From: Erysipelotrichaceae bacterium
Lineage (GTDB): Bacteria > Bacillota_I > Bacilli_A > RFN20 > CAG-826
DNA length: 55,881 bases
Direction of reading: 5' to 3'
Assembly (NCBI GenBank): GCA_012837435.1
Contig: DURD01000029.1
Location: forward strand, 1-55,881
Under the pieces are notes generated by a model, which was given only the letters and a program-made list of their open reading frames with translations, was not told the DNA's origin and searched no databases. A program made the translations under genes and the position numbers. Shown here in pieces: positions 9,337-19,588 of this stretch. The stretch's first letter is position 1. The number at the start of each line of letters is the position of its first letter.

Positions 9337-9873
9337 ATGATCGTCTTAAGCGGAGCGAGCGCCTCGGGAAAAACAGAAGCTGCCAAAATGTTAATGGCAA
9401 AATACGGAATTGCTAGAGCCATCACCACCACAACACGCCAAAAAAGAAATAGAGAGGTGGATGGCCGAGATTACTTTTTTGTGAGCAAAGAAAAATTTGA
9501 ACAAATGATTAAAGAAGGGGCTTTTATCGAGCACACCATCTATAACGGAAATTATTATGGTTCCACAAAAAATCAAATCGCCGATAATCGTTCACTGGTC
9601 ATTGATTTAGAAGGTTTAAAAACGTATTCTCAATCGAAAGACAAAAGAATTGTAACGTTTTTTTTATCTAGTTCTGAAGAGTTGTGTTTCAAAAGAATGA
9701 TTGATAGAGGTGATGACGAAGAAGAAGCCAAAAGAAGAATTGACAACGATCGAAAAATCTTTGCCACAAACTGCATTCCAAAAGTTGATTACATTATCGA
9801 TTCAGAACATAAAACTATCGAAGAGGTAGCGGACGAAGTTTACGCTCTTTACATGGAACATATAAAACATTAG
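9337..9873 (+). CDS. gmk: Guanylate kinase
   Basis: IVLSGASASGKT, TTR..R..EVDGRDYFF, YNGNYYGS; start moved to ATG 9337. Confidence 0.92.
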   Translation: MIVLSGASASGKTEAAKMLMAKYGIARAITTTTRQKRNREVDGRDYFFVSKEKFEQMIKEGAFIEHTIYNGNYYGSTKNQIADNRSLVIDLEGLKTYSQSKDKRIVTFFLSSSEELCFKRMIDRGDDEEEAKRRIDNDRKIFATNCIPKVDYIIDSEHKTIEEVADEVYALYMEHIKH

Positions 9874-11135
9874 TTTTTATTTAGATATTTATAGGAAAAA
9901 GAAGGGTTAAGGTAGGCATTATAAAGGATGCCGTTTTCTTTTTCTACATAATTAATAACGTAATTTTCTTTACTAAAAGAGGCGAAATCAACGCTATAAG
10001 GCAACAACAATTGTGTCTTTTCCCAGTTTTTAGTAATATTCGAAATGATAAATTTTAAAGATTCTATGACATCCTCTTCATCAAGAAGAGATACCAGCAT
10101 TTCATTTTCTTTTGGCAAGAAATTCACCGGTCCCCCCATTAAATCATATTTATTATATAGATTGATCATTGGGATTTGATCCGCTTCTAAATCTTTGATA
10201 ATTTCAAGAGTAGTCTCAATTTCTTTTTCCATAAAAGGATCAGATAAATCGATGACTTGCACTAATAAATCTGCTTCTTTAATTTCTTCTAACGTCGAAC
10301 GGAAAGCATCGATTAAATAAATAGGTAGTTCAGAGATAAAACCGACGGTATCCGTTAAAAAGAAAGTGGGATAGCCGTAAACAGAAATCGCTCTTGTTGA
10401 AGTTTCGAGCGTAGCAAAAAGTGAATCTTTCTCTACAACCGTTTTTTCTTCTTTGCTCAGTTTTACCAAGCGATTTAAAAGGGTGGATTTCCCAGCGTTT
10501 GTATAACCTACTATACATACTTTAGGTATCGGATTATTGATTCTTCGACGGCGAGAATTTCTCCTCGATAATTTTATCGAAGATAATTCCTTTTTCTTTT
10601 TGAGAATCGCCTTAGAAATTTGTCTTCTGGAGAGTTCAATTTGCTTTTCACCTTTACCTCTATTTTGACCAGTACCACTGGTAACTTGAGAATAATAAGC
10701 TTTTTCATCGACGAGATGATTTTGTAGATAAGATAAACGAGCGATTTCCACTTGGGCTTTCGCTTCTCTCGTCCGAGCGTTCTGTTCAAAAATATCGAGG
10801 ATAACAAAGGTTCGGTCGATGACTTCCGCCCCCACCACTTCTTCGATGTTTTTCTTTTGTAAACCTGATAACTCGAAATTGCACGCCACAAAATCAATTC
10901 TCTCTAAAGGGTGATTCCGATTGTGCGTTAAACAAAAGAAAGCGATTTCTTTCAGCTTTCCTTTGCCGATATATGTACTTTTTTCGATACTGTCGAGGTC
11001 TTGAGAAAAATAAGCCACGACTTGTAGATTGATTTCCTTTAAGAGCATTGAAAATTCGTTTTGTGAGTGATTTAAAGAAAGAGAATTAGTCTTACCAACG
11101 GAAACGACTAATACCCTTTTAAAAACACCATTCAT
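9870..11135 (-). CDS. hflX: GTPase HflX
   Basis: GYTNAGKST, LFATL, DTVGFI, NKYD, IGKGK, ILDIF..NARTREAK. Confidence 0.93.
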   Translation of the reverse strand: MNGVFKRVLVVSVGKTNSLSLNHSQNEFSMLLKEINLQVVAYFSQDLDSIEKSTYIGKGKLKEIAFFCLTHNRNHPLERIDFVACNFELSGLQKKNIEEVVGAEVIDRTFVILDIFEQNARTREAKAQVEIARLSYLQNHLVDEKAYYSQVTSGTGQNRGKGEKQIELSRRQISKAILKKKKELSSIKLSRRNSRRRRINNPIPKVCIVGYTNAGKSTLLNRLVKLSKEEKTVVEKDSLFATLETSTRAISVYGYPTFFLTDTVGFISELPIYLIDAFRSTLEEIKEADLLVQVIDLSDPFMEKEIETTLEIIKDLEADQIPMINLYNKYDLMGGPVNFLPKENEMLVSLLDEEDVIESLKFIISNITKNWEKTQLLLPYSVDFASFSKENYVINYVEKENGILYNAYLNPSFSYKYLNKN

Positions 11136-11144
11136 TCATAGGCC

Positions 11145-12419
11145 CTACCCTTCTTTTTCATACGTTAAGTCGGTTACTTTTAATTTATTCACAGTAAATT
11201 CATCAGCTTCTAGAACCTTGAAACGGAAATGAGAAAAATCAAATTCATCTCCTTTTTTAGCAAATCTATCAAGGATATCTTGGCAGAAGCCACCGACTGT
11301 GTTGTAATCCGTCTCTACTTCATTATCATACTCAATTAATTCAAAGAAATCATCGAGATTCATCGTTCCATCGACAATATAAATGCCATTTCCTTGCGTG
11401 ATGTATTCTTCTTCGATTTCATCATCTTCATCAAAAATATCGCCGACAATTTCTTCTAAGATGTCTTCCATGGTGACAATACCTTCTGTCCCTCCGTACT
11501 CATCTTTGACCACGGCAATATGCACTTTGCTCTGTTTAAATTCGTTAAGCAAATCCAAAATTTGGTGATTTCTGGGGACCATTAATGGTTTATAGGTCAA
11601 AGAAGCAATATCAATATTAGTATCGTTAACTAAAAGTTTTTTTGCTAGAGCCTTAACTGGCAAAATACCGATGATATTATCGATAGTATCCTTGTAGACT
11701 GGAATGCGCGAATAGATGAGAAAATCTTCGTCCTTAATTAATTCGTTGATATCATCTTCCACATCAATTGCATAAACATCGACGCGTGGTGTCATGATTT
11801 CAAAAGCTTCAATATCACTCAAATCAATAGCGCCTCTCAGTAATTCCGCGTGTTCCTCTTCTAAAATGCCTTCTTCTTCGATGACGTTGACCATCTCATC
11901 GAGCTCATCCACTCCGATTTTCTCTTCTTCTTCGGCCTTTTTGGCAAATAGTTTAACAATCGCTTTAAATATTCTCGAAATGGGCCAAACCACGATAAAG
12001 AACAGATATTTAATAAAGGTAACAGGATAAGCAAAAGCAATGGCGAGAGAATAGGTAAATCTCTTAGCCAAAGCTTTGGGTAAAAATTCACACATGATAA
12101 TGAGAAATACCGTAAAGCATCCAGAAGCAATAGCCGTTCCTAAACCTGGATTATCAGGATTTAAAGATATGCCGATAAAGGTGACAATCGAGCTAGCGAA
12201 AATATTGACGATGTTATTGCCTAATAAAATCGCTGATATCGGTAATTCGTAATCGTCGACAATTTTAAGCGCGGCTTTAGCGCGTTTTTCTTTTTTGCCA
12301 GTCTCGCGAACCAGTCGAGCTCTATCGACGCTTGAATAAACCATATCGGCGGCGGAGAAAAACATCGAAAGTAGAGAGCATATAGCGACGATCAACCAAT
12401 AATACCACTTCATAATCAT
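11145..12419 (-). CDS. Hemolysin-family/CNNM (DUF21-CBS-CorC) Mg2+/Co2+ transporter
   Basis: FFSAAD, GNNIVN, MTPR, SRIPVY, DEYGGTEGIVTMEDILEEIVG, C-terminal CorC-like domain. Confidence 0.9.
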   Translation of the reverse strand: MIMKWYYWLIVAICSLLSMFFSAADMVYSSVDRARLVRETGKKEKRAKAALKIVDDYELPISAILLGNNIVNIFASSIVTFIGISLNPDNPGLGTAIASGCFTVFLIIMCEFLPKALAKRFTYSLAIAFAYPVTFIKYLFFIVVWPISRIFKAIVKLFAKKAEEEEKIGVDELDEMVNVIEEEGILEEEHAELLRGAIDLSDIEAFEIMTPRVDVYAIDVEDDINELIKDEDFLIYSRIPVYKDTIDNIIGILPVKALAKKLLVNDTNIDIASLTYKPLMVPRNHQILDLLNEFKQSKVHIAVVKDEYGGTEGIVTMEDILEEIVGDIFDEDDEIEEEYITQGNGIYIVDGTMNLDDFFELIEYDNEVETDYNTVGGFCQDILDRFAKKGDEFDFSHFRFKVLEADEFTVNKLKVTDLTYEKEG

Positions 12420-13432
12420 TTCAGACCTTTCTCATGGTTGGGCTCAGAAATATCGCTGACTAATTCTTCTAAAACGTCGTCCATGGTAACCATACCAATA
12501 ATTTTATTTTTTTCATTTCTCACTAGAGCAATATGGGTGTGGTTTTTCTTAAAACCAGTGAATAAATCGTCAATCATAATATCAGAAGAAACAAAATAAG
12601 GTTTTTGAAGTTCTTTTTTAATAGAAACATTGGGATTTTTTAAATAAGCGCTCAAATATGTTTTGATATGCAAAACACCGATGATATTATCAAATTCACC
12701 TTCGTAGACTGGAATTCTAGAGTAATTTGTTTCTACGATAATTTCGTGGAGTTGTTCTTTAGTTAATCCGCGAATATTTAAAGCGAATATTTTATTGCGG
12801 GGCGTTAACACTTCCTTAACATTAGTGTCTGTAAATTCTAGAGCCGATTGAATAATATCCCCCTGTTCTTCTTCGATAACCCCTTCTTCTGACACCTTTT
12901 CGATGACACTTTCGAAATCTTCTTCGTCGAACTTCACTTCTTCTTTGACTTTAAAAGCGGTCTCGATTAGTTTGGTTAATTTGTCAAAAGTATAAGTAAT
13001 GGGAAAAAGAATAAGCATGAAAAAATATATAGGATATACTAATATTTTTGATAATGTATCGGGAATAGTGCGAGCAATGGTTTTAGGTAAAGTATCGCCG
13101 ATAACGTAAAATAATAGGGTAATAAAAATCGACGATATAATGGATATCGTTTCGTTTTCTAACCCCATAGAAATTAACAAATTATAAAATAAGACTGTCG
13201 AAACAGTACTAGCTATGATGGTAACTATATTTATACCGATTAAAACAGTGATTAAGGCTCGGTCATAATTTTTAGCCACGTGAAGCACTAGTTTAGCGGT
13301 TTTACTGCCTTCATCCGCTTCAACCTGCATTTTGAAGCGATTAACGTTAACAAGAGCGGTTTCCCCAGCAGAAAAGAAAAAGTTCGCGAGTAGACAAACA
13401 ATGATGATGATCCACGACAGCGGCACATCCAT
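12416..13432 (-). CDS. Hemolysin-family/CNNM (DUF21-CBS) protein lacking the CorC domain
   Basis: FFSAGETA, LPK, SRIPVY, VTMDDVLEELV. Confidence 0.88.
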   Translation of the reverse strand: MDVPLSWIIIIVCLLANFFFSAGETALVNVNRFKMQVEADEGSKTAKLVLHVAKNYDRALITVLIGINIVTIIASTVSTVLFYNLLISMGLENETISIISSIFITLLFYVIGDTLPKTIARTIPDTLSKILVYPIYFFMLILFPITYTFDKLTKLIETAFKVKEEVKFDEEDFESVIEKVSEEGVIEEEQGDIIQSALEFTDTNVKEVLTPRNKIFALNIRGLTKEQLHEIIVETNYSRIPVYEGEFDNIIGVLHIKTYLSAYLKNPNVSIKKELQKPYFVSSDIMIDDLFTGFKKNHTHIALVRNEKNKIIGMVTMDDVLEELVSDISEPNHEKGLK

Positions 13433-13532
13433 TAACTAACCACTTCCTTTCTTTCTTGGGTTAACGCTAAATAAAATAACACATCGCGTAAGCATTTCCA
13501 ATAAAAATGCGTAGTTTTCGGAAAACTGGTCA

Positions 13533-15137
13533 TTAGAGTTGAGCGAATCTTTCGCTCCCCCGATGATTTAAATAATGAATAATCAATATGGTTAATGCCG
13601 CGAATATCACGATAAAAATAATGAGATAAATGGCTATATTTAAGCCTAAAAAGTATGAGAAAAGAAAGTATAGACCTAAGAAAACAATCGCTAACCCCCA
13701 ACCCCCAAAAATAGAAATCGTCACCGCCGCTCCTTGTTTGATAGGCATCATTTCATTAGTCCAACTTAAATTGGCAAATCTCAAACCTAAAAATAAGGAG
13801 GAATAGCTGCTAAATACCACATAGATCAAAGCGATAACACCAATTAAAATTTTGTTTAAAATTGACGTATTGATAACAACGACAATGGGAATGATTGCGA
13901 CTAGCATAGGGATAGTTGTTAGGATGATTTGTACCATCGCTTTGGCGTGCAAAATTATCTTGGGTTTAATTGGTAGAGATTGATAGATCCAAATGGTTTT
14001 CCCCTCAAGAGAGATTGAAGGAGCAGCAATGTCATTCATCGATGCTAGCGAAAATAAGAAAGCACAAATAATGGCGACAAATAAACCAGGAAATTCTAAG
14101 AGGTGTGGCTCAATTGACGCGACAACATCTTTACCAAAAAAGATAACGACGACTCCTAGTATAATGGTAAAAAGTATACCCATTCCACAATTTAGCATGT
14201 ATAAAGCACTGGAGAAAAATCTCTTGAATTCCTTATTCAAAACGGTGATGAAAACTGGTTTTTGTTTGTTTAATTTCTCTTTATAAACAACTTTTTTACT
14301 CGCTCCCACCGTAGTAGCGATTTTAATGAAATTAAAAGACAAAATCATAAAAACGAGAGCGGTAACCGCAAGAACACCAACTAGATAAATTAATAGAGAC
14401 AACCAATCGCCTTCGCCAATTCTTCCAAACATGTATAAGAAATAGGCTGATCCCTTGATGTTCTGACCATATGTCGCAGCGTTTTCTAGTAAATCTTCCA
14501 CCACCTCGTTAGCTTGAAAATACAAAAAATAGTAGAAAGCAAAACCTAACAAAGAGATGATAACAACGAAGAAACTCTTGTTTTTAAGGTGCAAGCTAAT
14601 CCTCGCTACTACCCAACCTAACGAACAAGATAAAATTAAAACAATTAAAGAAATGATAAAGATTAGGGCGAGGCCTCCGATAAAATTAGCAAAAGTAATT
14701 TTTGCAAAAACCCAATAAATAACAATCGCGGGAAAAATAATTAATCCCGAATACATCAGTCCCAATAAATACACATTCAACAAACGAGAAATAATGATGT
14801 ATTTAACGGGGATGGGCATCGATAGCAATAAGTCATTGTCTTTAGATAGATATAGTCCAGAATAAGTATTGAAAACACTGCCAAAAGCTCCAAAAACGAT
14901 GGCGAACAAAGAAAATACGATGAAATAAAGCCAACCGACATCAGCTTCGATTAAAGGGGGGCACATATAATACGCCATTACTCCAAATGCCCCACCTAAA
15001 AAACCAAACATGAGAAGAGCAAATAGAGTAAAAAGTAAAATTATTTGAATTTTTGGACGGTTACGATTCTTTTTTGCATCGTAAAAAAATGATCTAAAGG
15101 CTTCTGTCACTTGCTTTTTTAAGAGGATTCCTAGCAT
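13533..15137 (-). CDS. ABC-2 type exporter permease
   Basis: Many TMs, DLLLSMPI and ISLEGK..WI..SLP motifs; adjacent ATPase. Confidence 0.85.
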   Translation of the reverse strand: MLGILLKKQVTEAFRSFFYDAKKNRNRPKIQIILLFTLFALLMFGFLGGAFGVMAYYMCPPLIEADVGWLYFIVFSLFAIVFGAFGSVFNTYSGLYLSKDNDLLLSMPIPVKYIIISRLLNVYLLGLMYSGLIIFPAIVIYWVFAKITFANFIGGLALIFIISLIVLILSCSLGWVVARISLHLKNKSFFVVIISLLGFAFYYFLYFQANEVVEDLLENAATYGQNIKGSAYFLYMFGRIGEGDWLSLLIYLVGVLAVTALVFMILSFNFIKIATTVGASKKVVYKEKLNKQKPVFITVLNKEFKRFFSSALYMLNCGMGILFTIILGVVVIFFGKDVVASIEPHLLEFPGLFVAIICAFLFSLASMNDIAAPSISLEGKTIWIYQSLPIKPKIILHAKAMVQIILTTIPMLVAIIPIVVVINTSILNKILIGVIALIYVVFSSYSSLFLGLRFANLSWTNEMMPIKQGAAVTISIFGGWGLAIVFLGLYFLFSYFLGLNIAIYLIIFIVIFAALTILIIHYLNHRGSERFAQL

Positions 15138-15138
15138 G

Positions 15139-15843
15139 TTAATCCTCCAATTCCAAGAAAACGGATTCTAAACTTTCATCGCCTTTAACTTCTTCCATGG
15201 TCCCAGCTTTAACGAGCTTACCATTCTTGATAATGGCTATTTTGTCACATAGCTTTTCTGCCACCTCTAAAACGTGAGTGGAAAAGAAGATGGCTCCCCC
15301 ATTATCACAATGTTCTCTCATGAGTTTTTTCATGGTGTGGGAAACCTTCGGATCCAAACCGACAAAAGGTTCGTCCATGATAATCAGTTTTGGTTTATGA
15401 ATCAGCGCAGAGATAATCGCTAATTTTTGTTTCATACCATGAGAATAAGTAGCGACTGGTTGCGCTAAATCTTTTGTCAATTCGAATAGATCGCCGTATT
15501 TCTTAATGAGTTCTTTTCTTTCAAGAGCAGGGATTTTAAAAATATCCGCGATGAAATTGAGGTATTTGATACCTGTCATAAAATCATATAAGTCGGGATT
15601 ATCTGGAATATAAGCGAGTTTTCTTTTGCACTCTAAAGGATTATTCACTATCGAGTGACCATCGATTAAAATGGATCCTTCTTCAAATCTTAAAATACCC
15701 GCGATGCATTTAAGAGTGGTAGTTTTGCCCGCGCCATTATGGCCGATAAAACCATAGATTTCACCAGGTAAAATATGAAGACTTAAATCATCAACGGCTT
15801 TTTTGTCTCCGTATTTTTTTGTTAAATGCTCTATTACTAACAT
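15139..15843 (-). CDS. ABC exporter ATP-binding protein
   Basis: GHNGAGKTT, YSHGMKQK, MDEP, FSTH; start moved to ATG 15843 (GAGGAG RBS). Confidence 0.92.
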   Translation of the reverse strand: MLVIEHLTKKYGDKKAVDDLSLHILPGEIYGFIGHNGAGKTTTLKCIAGILRFEEGSILIDGHSIVNNPLECKRKLAYIPDNPDLYDFMTGIKYLNFIADIFKIPALERKELIKKYGDLFELTKDLAQPVATYSHGMKQKLAIISALIHKPKLIIMDEPFVGLDPKVSHTMKKLMREHCDNGGAIFFSTHVLEVAEKLCDKIAIIKNGKLVKAGTMEEVKGDESLESVFLELED

Positions 15844-16107
15844 AAACTGTTCTCCTCGTTTATTCTTGTCCCCTATTGGCAATGAAGCTTCACACCTTTG
15901 TACGCAATGGTATTTCTTTTATAGAAAAATCCTTCCACGTTATTTGTAATGCATTCTCTAGCGGTGTTTTTAATAAAAACAACCTGTTACTGCACGTTTA
16001 TATCTAAACAAAACAGATTTTTATTTGCAATATTTAATGGTTCCCTATACAAGATATTTACAATTGATAATTAATCCTAAAGAAAGACAAATTGTTATTC
16101 CGTTGTG

Positions 16108-16165
16108 AATTATTTATTTTATTAAGGATTTTATAGTAAAAGAAACCTTCAAAATGGTTCCTCAT
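16108..16165. repeat. 58-bp imperfect direct repeat, copy A (partner 19514-19571)
   Basis: aattatttattttatta...ccttcaaaatggttcctcat; 51/58 identical by manual alignment. Confidence 0.85.
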
Positions 16166-16184
16166 AACGTTTATTATGGGCAAC
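16157..16184. other. dif/Xer-like tyrosine-recombinase site candidate (11-6-11)
   Basis: GTTCCTCATAA-CGTTTA-TTATGGGCAAC; arms 9/11 inverted-symmetric; CATAA-N6-TTATG core as in E. coli dif. Confidence 0.5.
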
Positions 16185-16204
16185 ATATATAAATTTAACC
16201 AAAT

Positions 16205-16236
16205 AAATCCCCACCGATTGCTTCAGGTGAGGATTT
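16205..16236 (-). terminator. Terminator after the ECF cassette
   Basis: aaatcc-ccacc...ggtga-ggattt hairpin. Confidence 0.55.
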
Positions 16237-16261
16237 TAAATAGTGATATTCCTTATCGATA

Positions 16262-17659
16262 TTAATCTATATCTAGATAATTAAAAACTAGCGTTCCATT
16301 CAAATATGCATCAATGTCTTCATCAACCAACACAATAACTCCATTTGGTAAAATAAAACTACCATTCAAACTTGTTGGATAATTATTTAATGATGCTGGT
16401 TGCATTCCAATTGAAGCAAGACCGCCACATAAAATACATGTAGCGGTTTGATCACCAGGGTTGAAAGAACCTGGAGATACAACATGTGGTTCTAAATGAG
16501 TCGAACCACATTCACAAGTTGATCGATGTTGAGTGAGACTCCACCATAAGTAAGGAGAACCATATGAATGCGAATGTTCGTTTACTATCTTGGTATTAAT
16601 TGTCCCATAATCTGAATTGTCATCATAAGCAACTCGTAAATAGTAGTATCCGACATTAAGGTATCTTCTAAACGATATTCTATATACTCCATTCTCGTAA
16701 TTGCTTGTCATATTAAAAGTAACTAGATGCATATGTTCATCATAAAATCTGACATTTAACTCGCAACCCGAAGATATTTCGAAGTTGTATGTCTTCCTAT
16801 AGACAACATCTAAACCATACAATGCATAATTGTTTTGTATGTTGCTGTTAGTTGGCACGGTGTAAAATTTTTGAATTATTTCAGTATTATTTGAGCTTGG
16901 ATTTGATAATGTAATTGCATCATTAATTCGTGGTTTATAGTAGCATACATAAGTCGCATCTCCATAGTATGTAGATGTATAAGGACATTGATCTCCGCGG
17001 TGCTCATACAATCCACATGCTCCCCATTTTGATTTAACTGTAACCAAATTTGAATCTCCACAAACACCATTCGAAGTTCCTGTTGATCTTGCAATAACAA
17101 TTCCTGAATGCAGGTTCTCCCCATACTCATCAAAATAACAAATAATATCACCAGCATCGCCAGTGCTTTCTTCATAACTTCCATCAGTGTAATATTCATA
17201 CGGATAATTCATCCAGTAAGTATTGAGTGTTGACTGCATATACCAAGCGTAAGAGTGACAATTGTATTTACTGGTGCTTGGGCCAACACGTGTTGCATCT
17301 GGCACTAATGTGTCTCCATACTCATTTAAATCATCTATGTATTCCGGCGGTAATTCGTCAAAAGTGTACACTTGAACAGGCGTTCCATTAGGAGTATAAA
17401 CATAGTTCGAAGTGGTGCTCCTCGTTGGAATCATATGTGAACTAAAAACATCATGATTAACAAGTTGGATACCATTCCCATCATCACACGGGACCTTATT
17501 TGGACTTTTGTGAACTAAAAAGGGTTCATCCAATTCTGAAAATTTTTTTCGAATTTCTTGTTTGAAATAGTTTGAGTAAAAAGACCTAGAGATAGGGTCA
17601 TAATTAAATTGAGTATAATTGTCTTCTTCATCTTCAATCACCATCCATTTCTTTGACAA
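16262..17659 (-). CDS. Hypothetical protein with Cys-His (papain-like?) motif and C-terminal His/Cys-rich segment
   Basis: YNCHSYAW...HSGIV...KSKWG; C-terminal HRSTCECG..H..H and CILCG; start uncertain. Confidence 0.65.
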   Translation of the reverse strand: MSKKWMVIEDEEDNYTQFNYDPISRSFYSNYFKQEIRKKFSELDEPFLVHKSPNKVPCDDGNGIQLVNHDVFSSHMIPTRSTTSNYVYTPNGTPVQVYTFDELPPEYIDDLNEYGDTLVPDATRVGPSTSKYNCHSYAWYMQSTLNTYWMNYPYEYYTDGSYEESTGDAGDIICYFDEYGENLHSGIVIARSTGTSNGVCGDSNLVTVKSKWGACGLYEHRGDQCPYTSTYYGDATYVCYYKPRINDAITLSNPSSNNTEIIQKFYTVPTNSNIQNNYALYGLDVVYRKTYNFEISSGCELNVRFYDEHMHLVTFNMTSNYENGVYRISFRRYLNVGYYYLRVAYDDNSDYGTINTKIVNEHSHSYGSPYLWWSLTQHRSTCECGSTHLEPHVVSPGSFNPGDQTATCILCGGLASIGMQPASLNNYPTSLNGSFILPNGVIVLVDEDIDAYLNGTLVFNYLDID

Positions 17660-18848
17660 TACCTACAATATAACTATAATCAACAGCATTAGATTCTGAA
17701 TAAAATAAGAAAATATCCCTATTGTCTGTTAATGCTAAGGTTCCATCTTGGCAAACAATAAAAGATATAACTGCATCCTCACTATTATCAGCCTTCCCAC
17801 TATATCTGTAAGAAGTTACAATTCGCATGCCATTATGCACCATGTTCTTCCGTAATTCTTCTTTGTGAGAAGGAGAACTCACAATATTGTGCAAGGGCAC
17901 ACTATTAAAATTTGAAATAATTTCATAAACTTGCCGAGGGTTATCAAAAACATAAATTCGGCTATCCCAAGCATGAATTTGAATATATGCATAATTTGGA
18001 TTTTCATAATCAAAAGATTGGCCTGATAAAGCATCGATAACATCCATATAATAGACATCTCCTTCTAAAAGTTGATTATTTTCAATGTCTTCAGTTTCAA
18101 AATTGTCTAGAGAAATCGAGTCGTGATTTTTATTAAGATGCAACGAAAAGCTTTTTCCAAAAATATGAACATTGCCTCCATTTTCTCTTTCTATGTAGTT
18201 AATTTCAAATTGTATATTCCCATTGTAAGCTTCATCAAATAGTTCAATCAAATTGAAGGAATAGACTAACTTAAAGTCATCTCTGCTAATATCAGATTTA
18301 TCTTTCCTTATTCCGTTTTCTTGCTTGGAATATTCGGACATATCTACATGATATTGTTTTATTAATTCTTTTTTAGCATTATTTAAAGAAATGTTGATTG
18401 CATCGAAACTATATCCAGGACGTTCCTCTGTTCCAACAAAAAGGCCAACAGACCCATCATTTCTTTTTCCGTAATACAGATTTGCAACCATTACATCTAC
18501 ATTAAAAGAATCTAAATCTTTGTAGTTTGAATTGACTTTTGGATAATAAATTGCCTCACAAATTGCAAGACTTTGATTGCTATTTTTAGTTGTAAAGAAT
18601 GAATTCTCTAACGAAATCGATTGTCCTGCTGCCTTTTTCAATAAAGTTGGAATAATCACCGCGGAAGCGATACACGCGACTGTTAAAACTGAAACTGGAA
18701 TGATTATGCCCAAACCTTTTTTCTTATTCTTTTTTGGCATTGAGTCAGTTTGAAAACCATCAAAATCTAATTTGCTTTTTATTTTGCCATATCCATTAGA
18801 CGAAGGCATAAATTCATTGATGTTGTTAAGGATTATTTTTTTAACCAT
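17634..18848 (-). CDS. Single-pass membrane protein, putative anti-sigma factor
   Basis: Short cytoplasmic N-terminus, KKNKKK, one TM, large external domain; overlaps the ECF gene end. Confidence 0.6.
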   Translation of the reverse strand: MVKKIILNNINEFMPSSNGYGKIKSKLDFDGFQTDSMPKKNKKKGLGIIIPVSVLTVACIASAVIIPTLLKKAAGQSISLENSFFTTKNSNQSLAICEAIYYPKVNSNYKDLDSFNVDVMVANLYYGKRNDGSVGLFVGTEERPGYSFDAINISLNNAKKELIKQYHVDMSEYSKQENGIRKDKSDISRDDFKLVYSFNLIELFDEAYNGNIQFEINYIERENGGNVHIFGKSFSLHLNKNHDSISLDNFETEDIENNQLLEGDVYYMDVIDALSGQSFDYENPNYAYIQIHAWDSRIYVFDNPRQVYEIISNFNSVPLHNIVSSPSHKEELRKNMVHNGMRIVTSYRYSGKADNSEDAVISFIVCQDGTLALTDNRDIFLFYSESNAVDYSYIVGIVKEMDGD

Positions 18849-19357
18849 AATTCTTTTCTCCTCGCTTTTAAAATTGCACGACGATAAGTTGATTTAACAG
18901 AATTTAAAGGTTTCTTTAATTCGTCTGAAATCTCATTGAATGTCTTATCTAAAATAATGTGTTCTGTAATGATATGTTGTTCTTCATTACTTAGTTCTGC
19001 AAATAATTTTTCAATTAGGTAGATATCATTACAATCGTTTTGATGGTAATCGATATCTTCATTGAACGACACTAAGTTTTTCAATTCTTTTAGTTTTTTT
19101 ATTGAGGCATTTTTAATTGAAGCACATAAATATTGTTTAATGTTTTTGATGTCGCATCTTTTGTTTTTCAAAACTATTTCAAAGAAAGAAACGAAAGCAT
19201 CATCCACGATTTCTATTGAATTATGCTCATCAAGGTACTGTAAAGCTATGAACATACCAAGTTTAAAATAGCTATTGTATATTTTTTCAAAAACACAATT
19301 AACCTTGTCTTTAGAATTTAGCCTGAGAGCGTTTTGAAGTTCAGCTTCTATCTTCAT
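18833..19357 (-). CDS. ECF-type RNA polymerase sigma-70 factor
   Basis: Region 2 (EIVDDAFV, KQYL..SIKN) and region 4 (LSNEEQ..I, TFNEIS..L..PLNSVKS..RRA); 174 aa. Confidence 0.85.
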   Translation of the reverse strand: MKIEAELQNALRLNSKDKVNCVFEKIYNSYFKLGMFIALQYLDEHNSIEIVDDAFVSFFEIVLKNKRCDIKNIKQYLCASIKNASIKKLKELKNLVSFNEDIDYHQNDCNDIYLIEKLFAELSNEEQHIITEHIILDKTFNEISDELKKPLNSVKSTYRRAILKARRKELWLKK

Positions 19358-19513
19358 TTTTGAGATCTCATATATTAAGAGTAAAAAAAAGAAGCATTTT
19401 GGTGCAATTATTTTTATTTATCTGAAAAAAATGCCTAACCAATAGAAAGCTAGGTTTTTAGAAATATATAAAAACTAAAAGAAACTTTTCGCGATAATCG
19501 CGTTTTCATGAAA

Positions 19514-19571
19514 AATTATTTATTTTATTAGGGACTTTATAACAAGAGAGGCCTTCAAAATGGTTCCTCAT
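19514..19571. repeat. 58-bp imperfect direct repeat, copy B
   Basis: Matches 16108-16165 with 7 substitutions, all transitions. Confidence 0.85.
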
Positions 19572-19588
19572 TGTTTTGAACTATAGTG

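Noticed and set aside
13433-13532. Possible Mg2+ (M-box) riboswitch before the CNNM genes
   Set aside because: Only about 100 bp with two small hairpins; no M-box conserved blocks recognised
16157-16184. Chromosomal dif/terminus
   Set aside because: No gene-strand switch around it; kept only as a Xer-like site candidate
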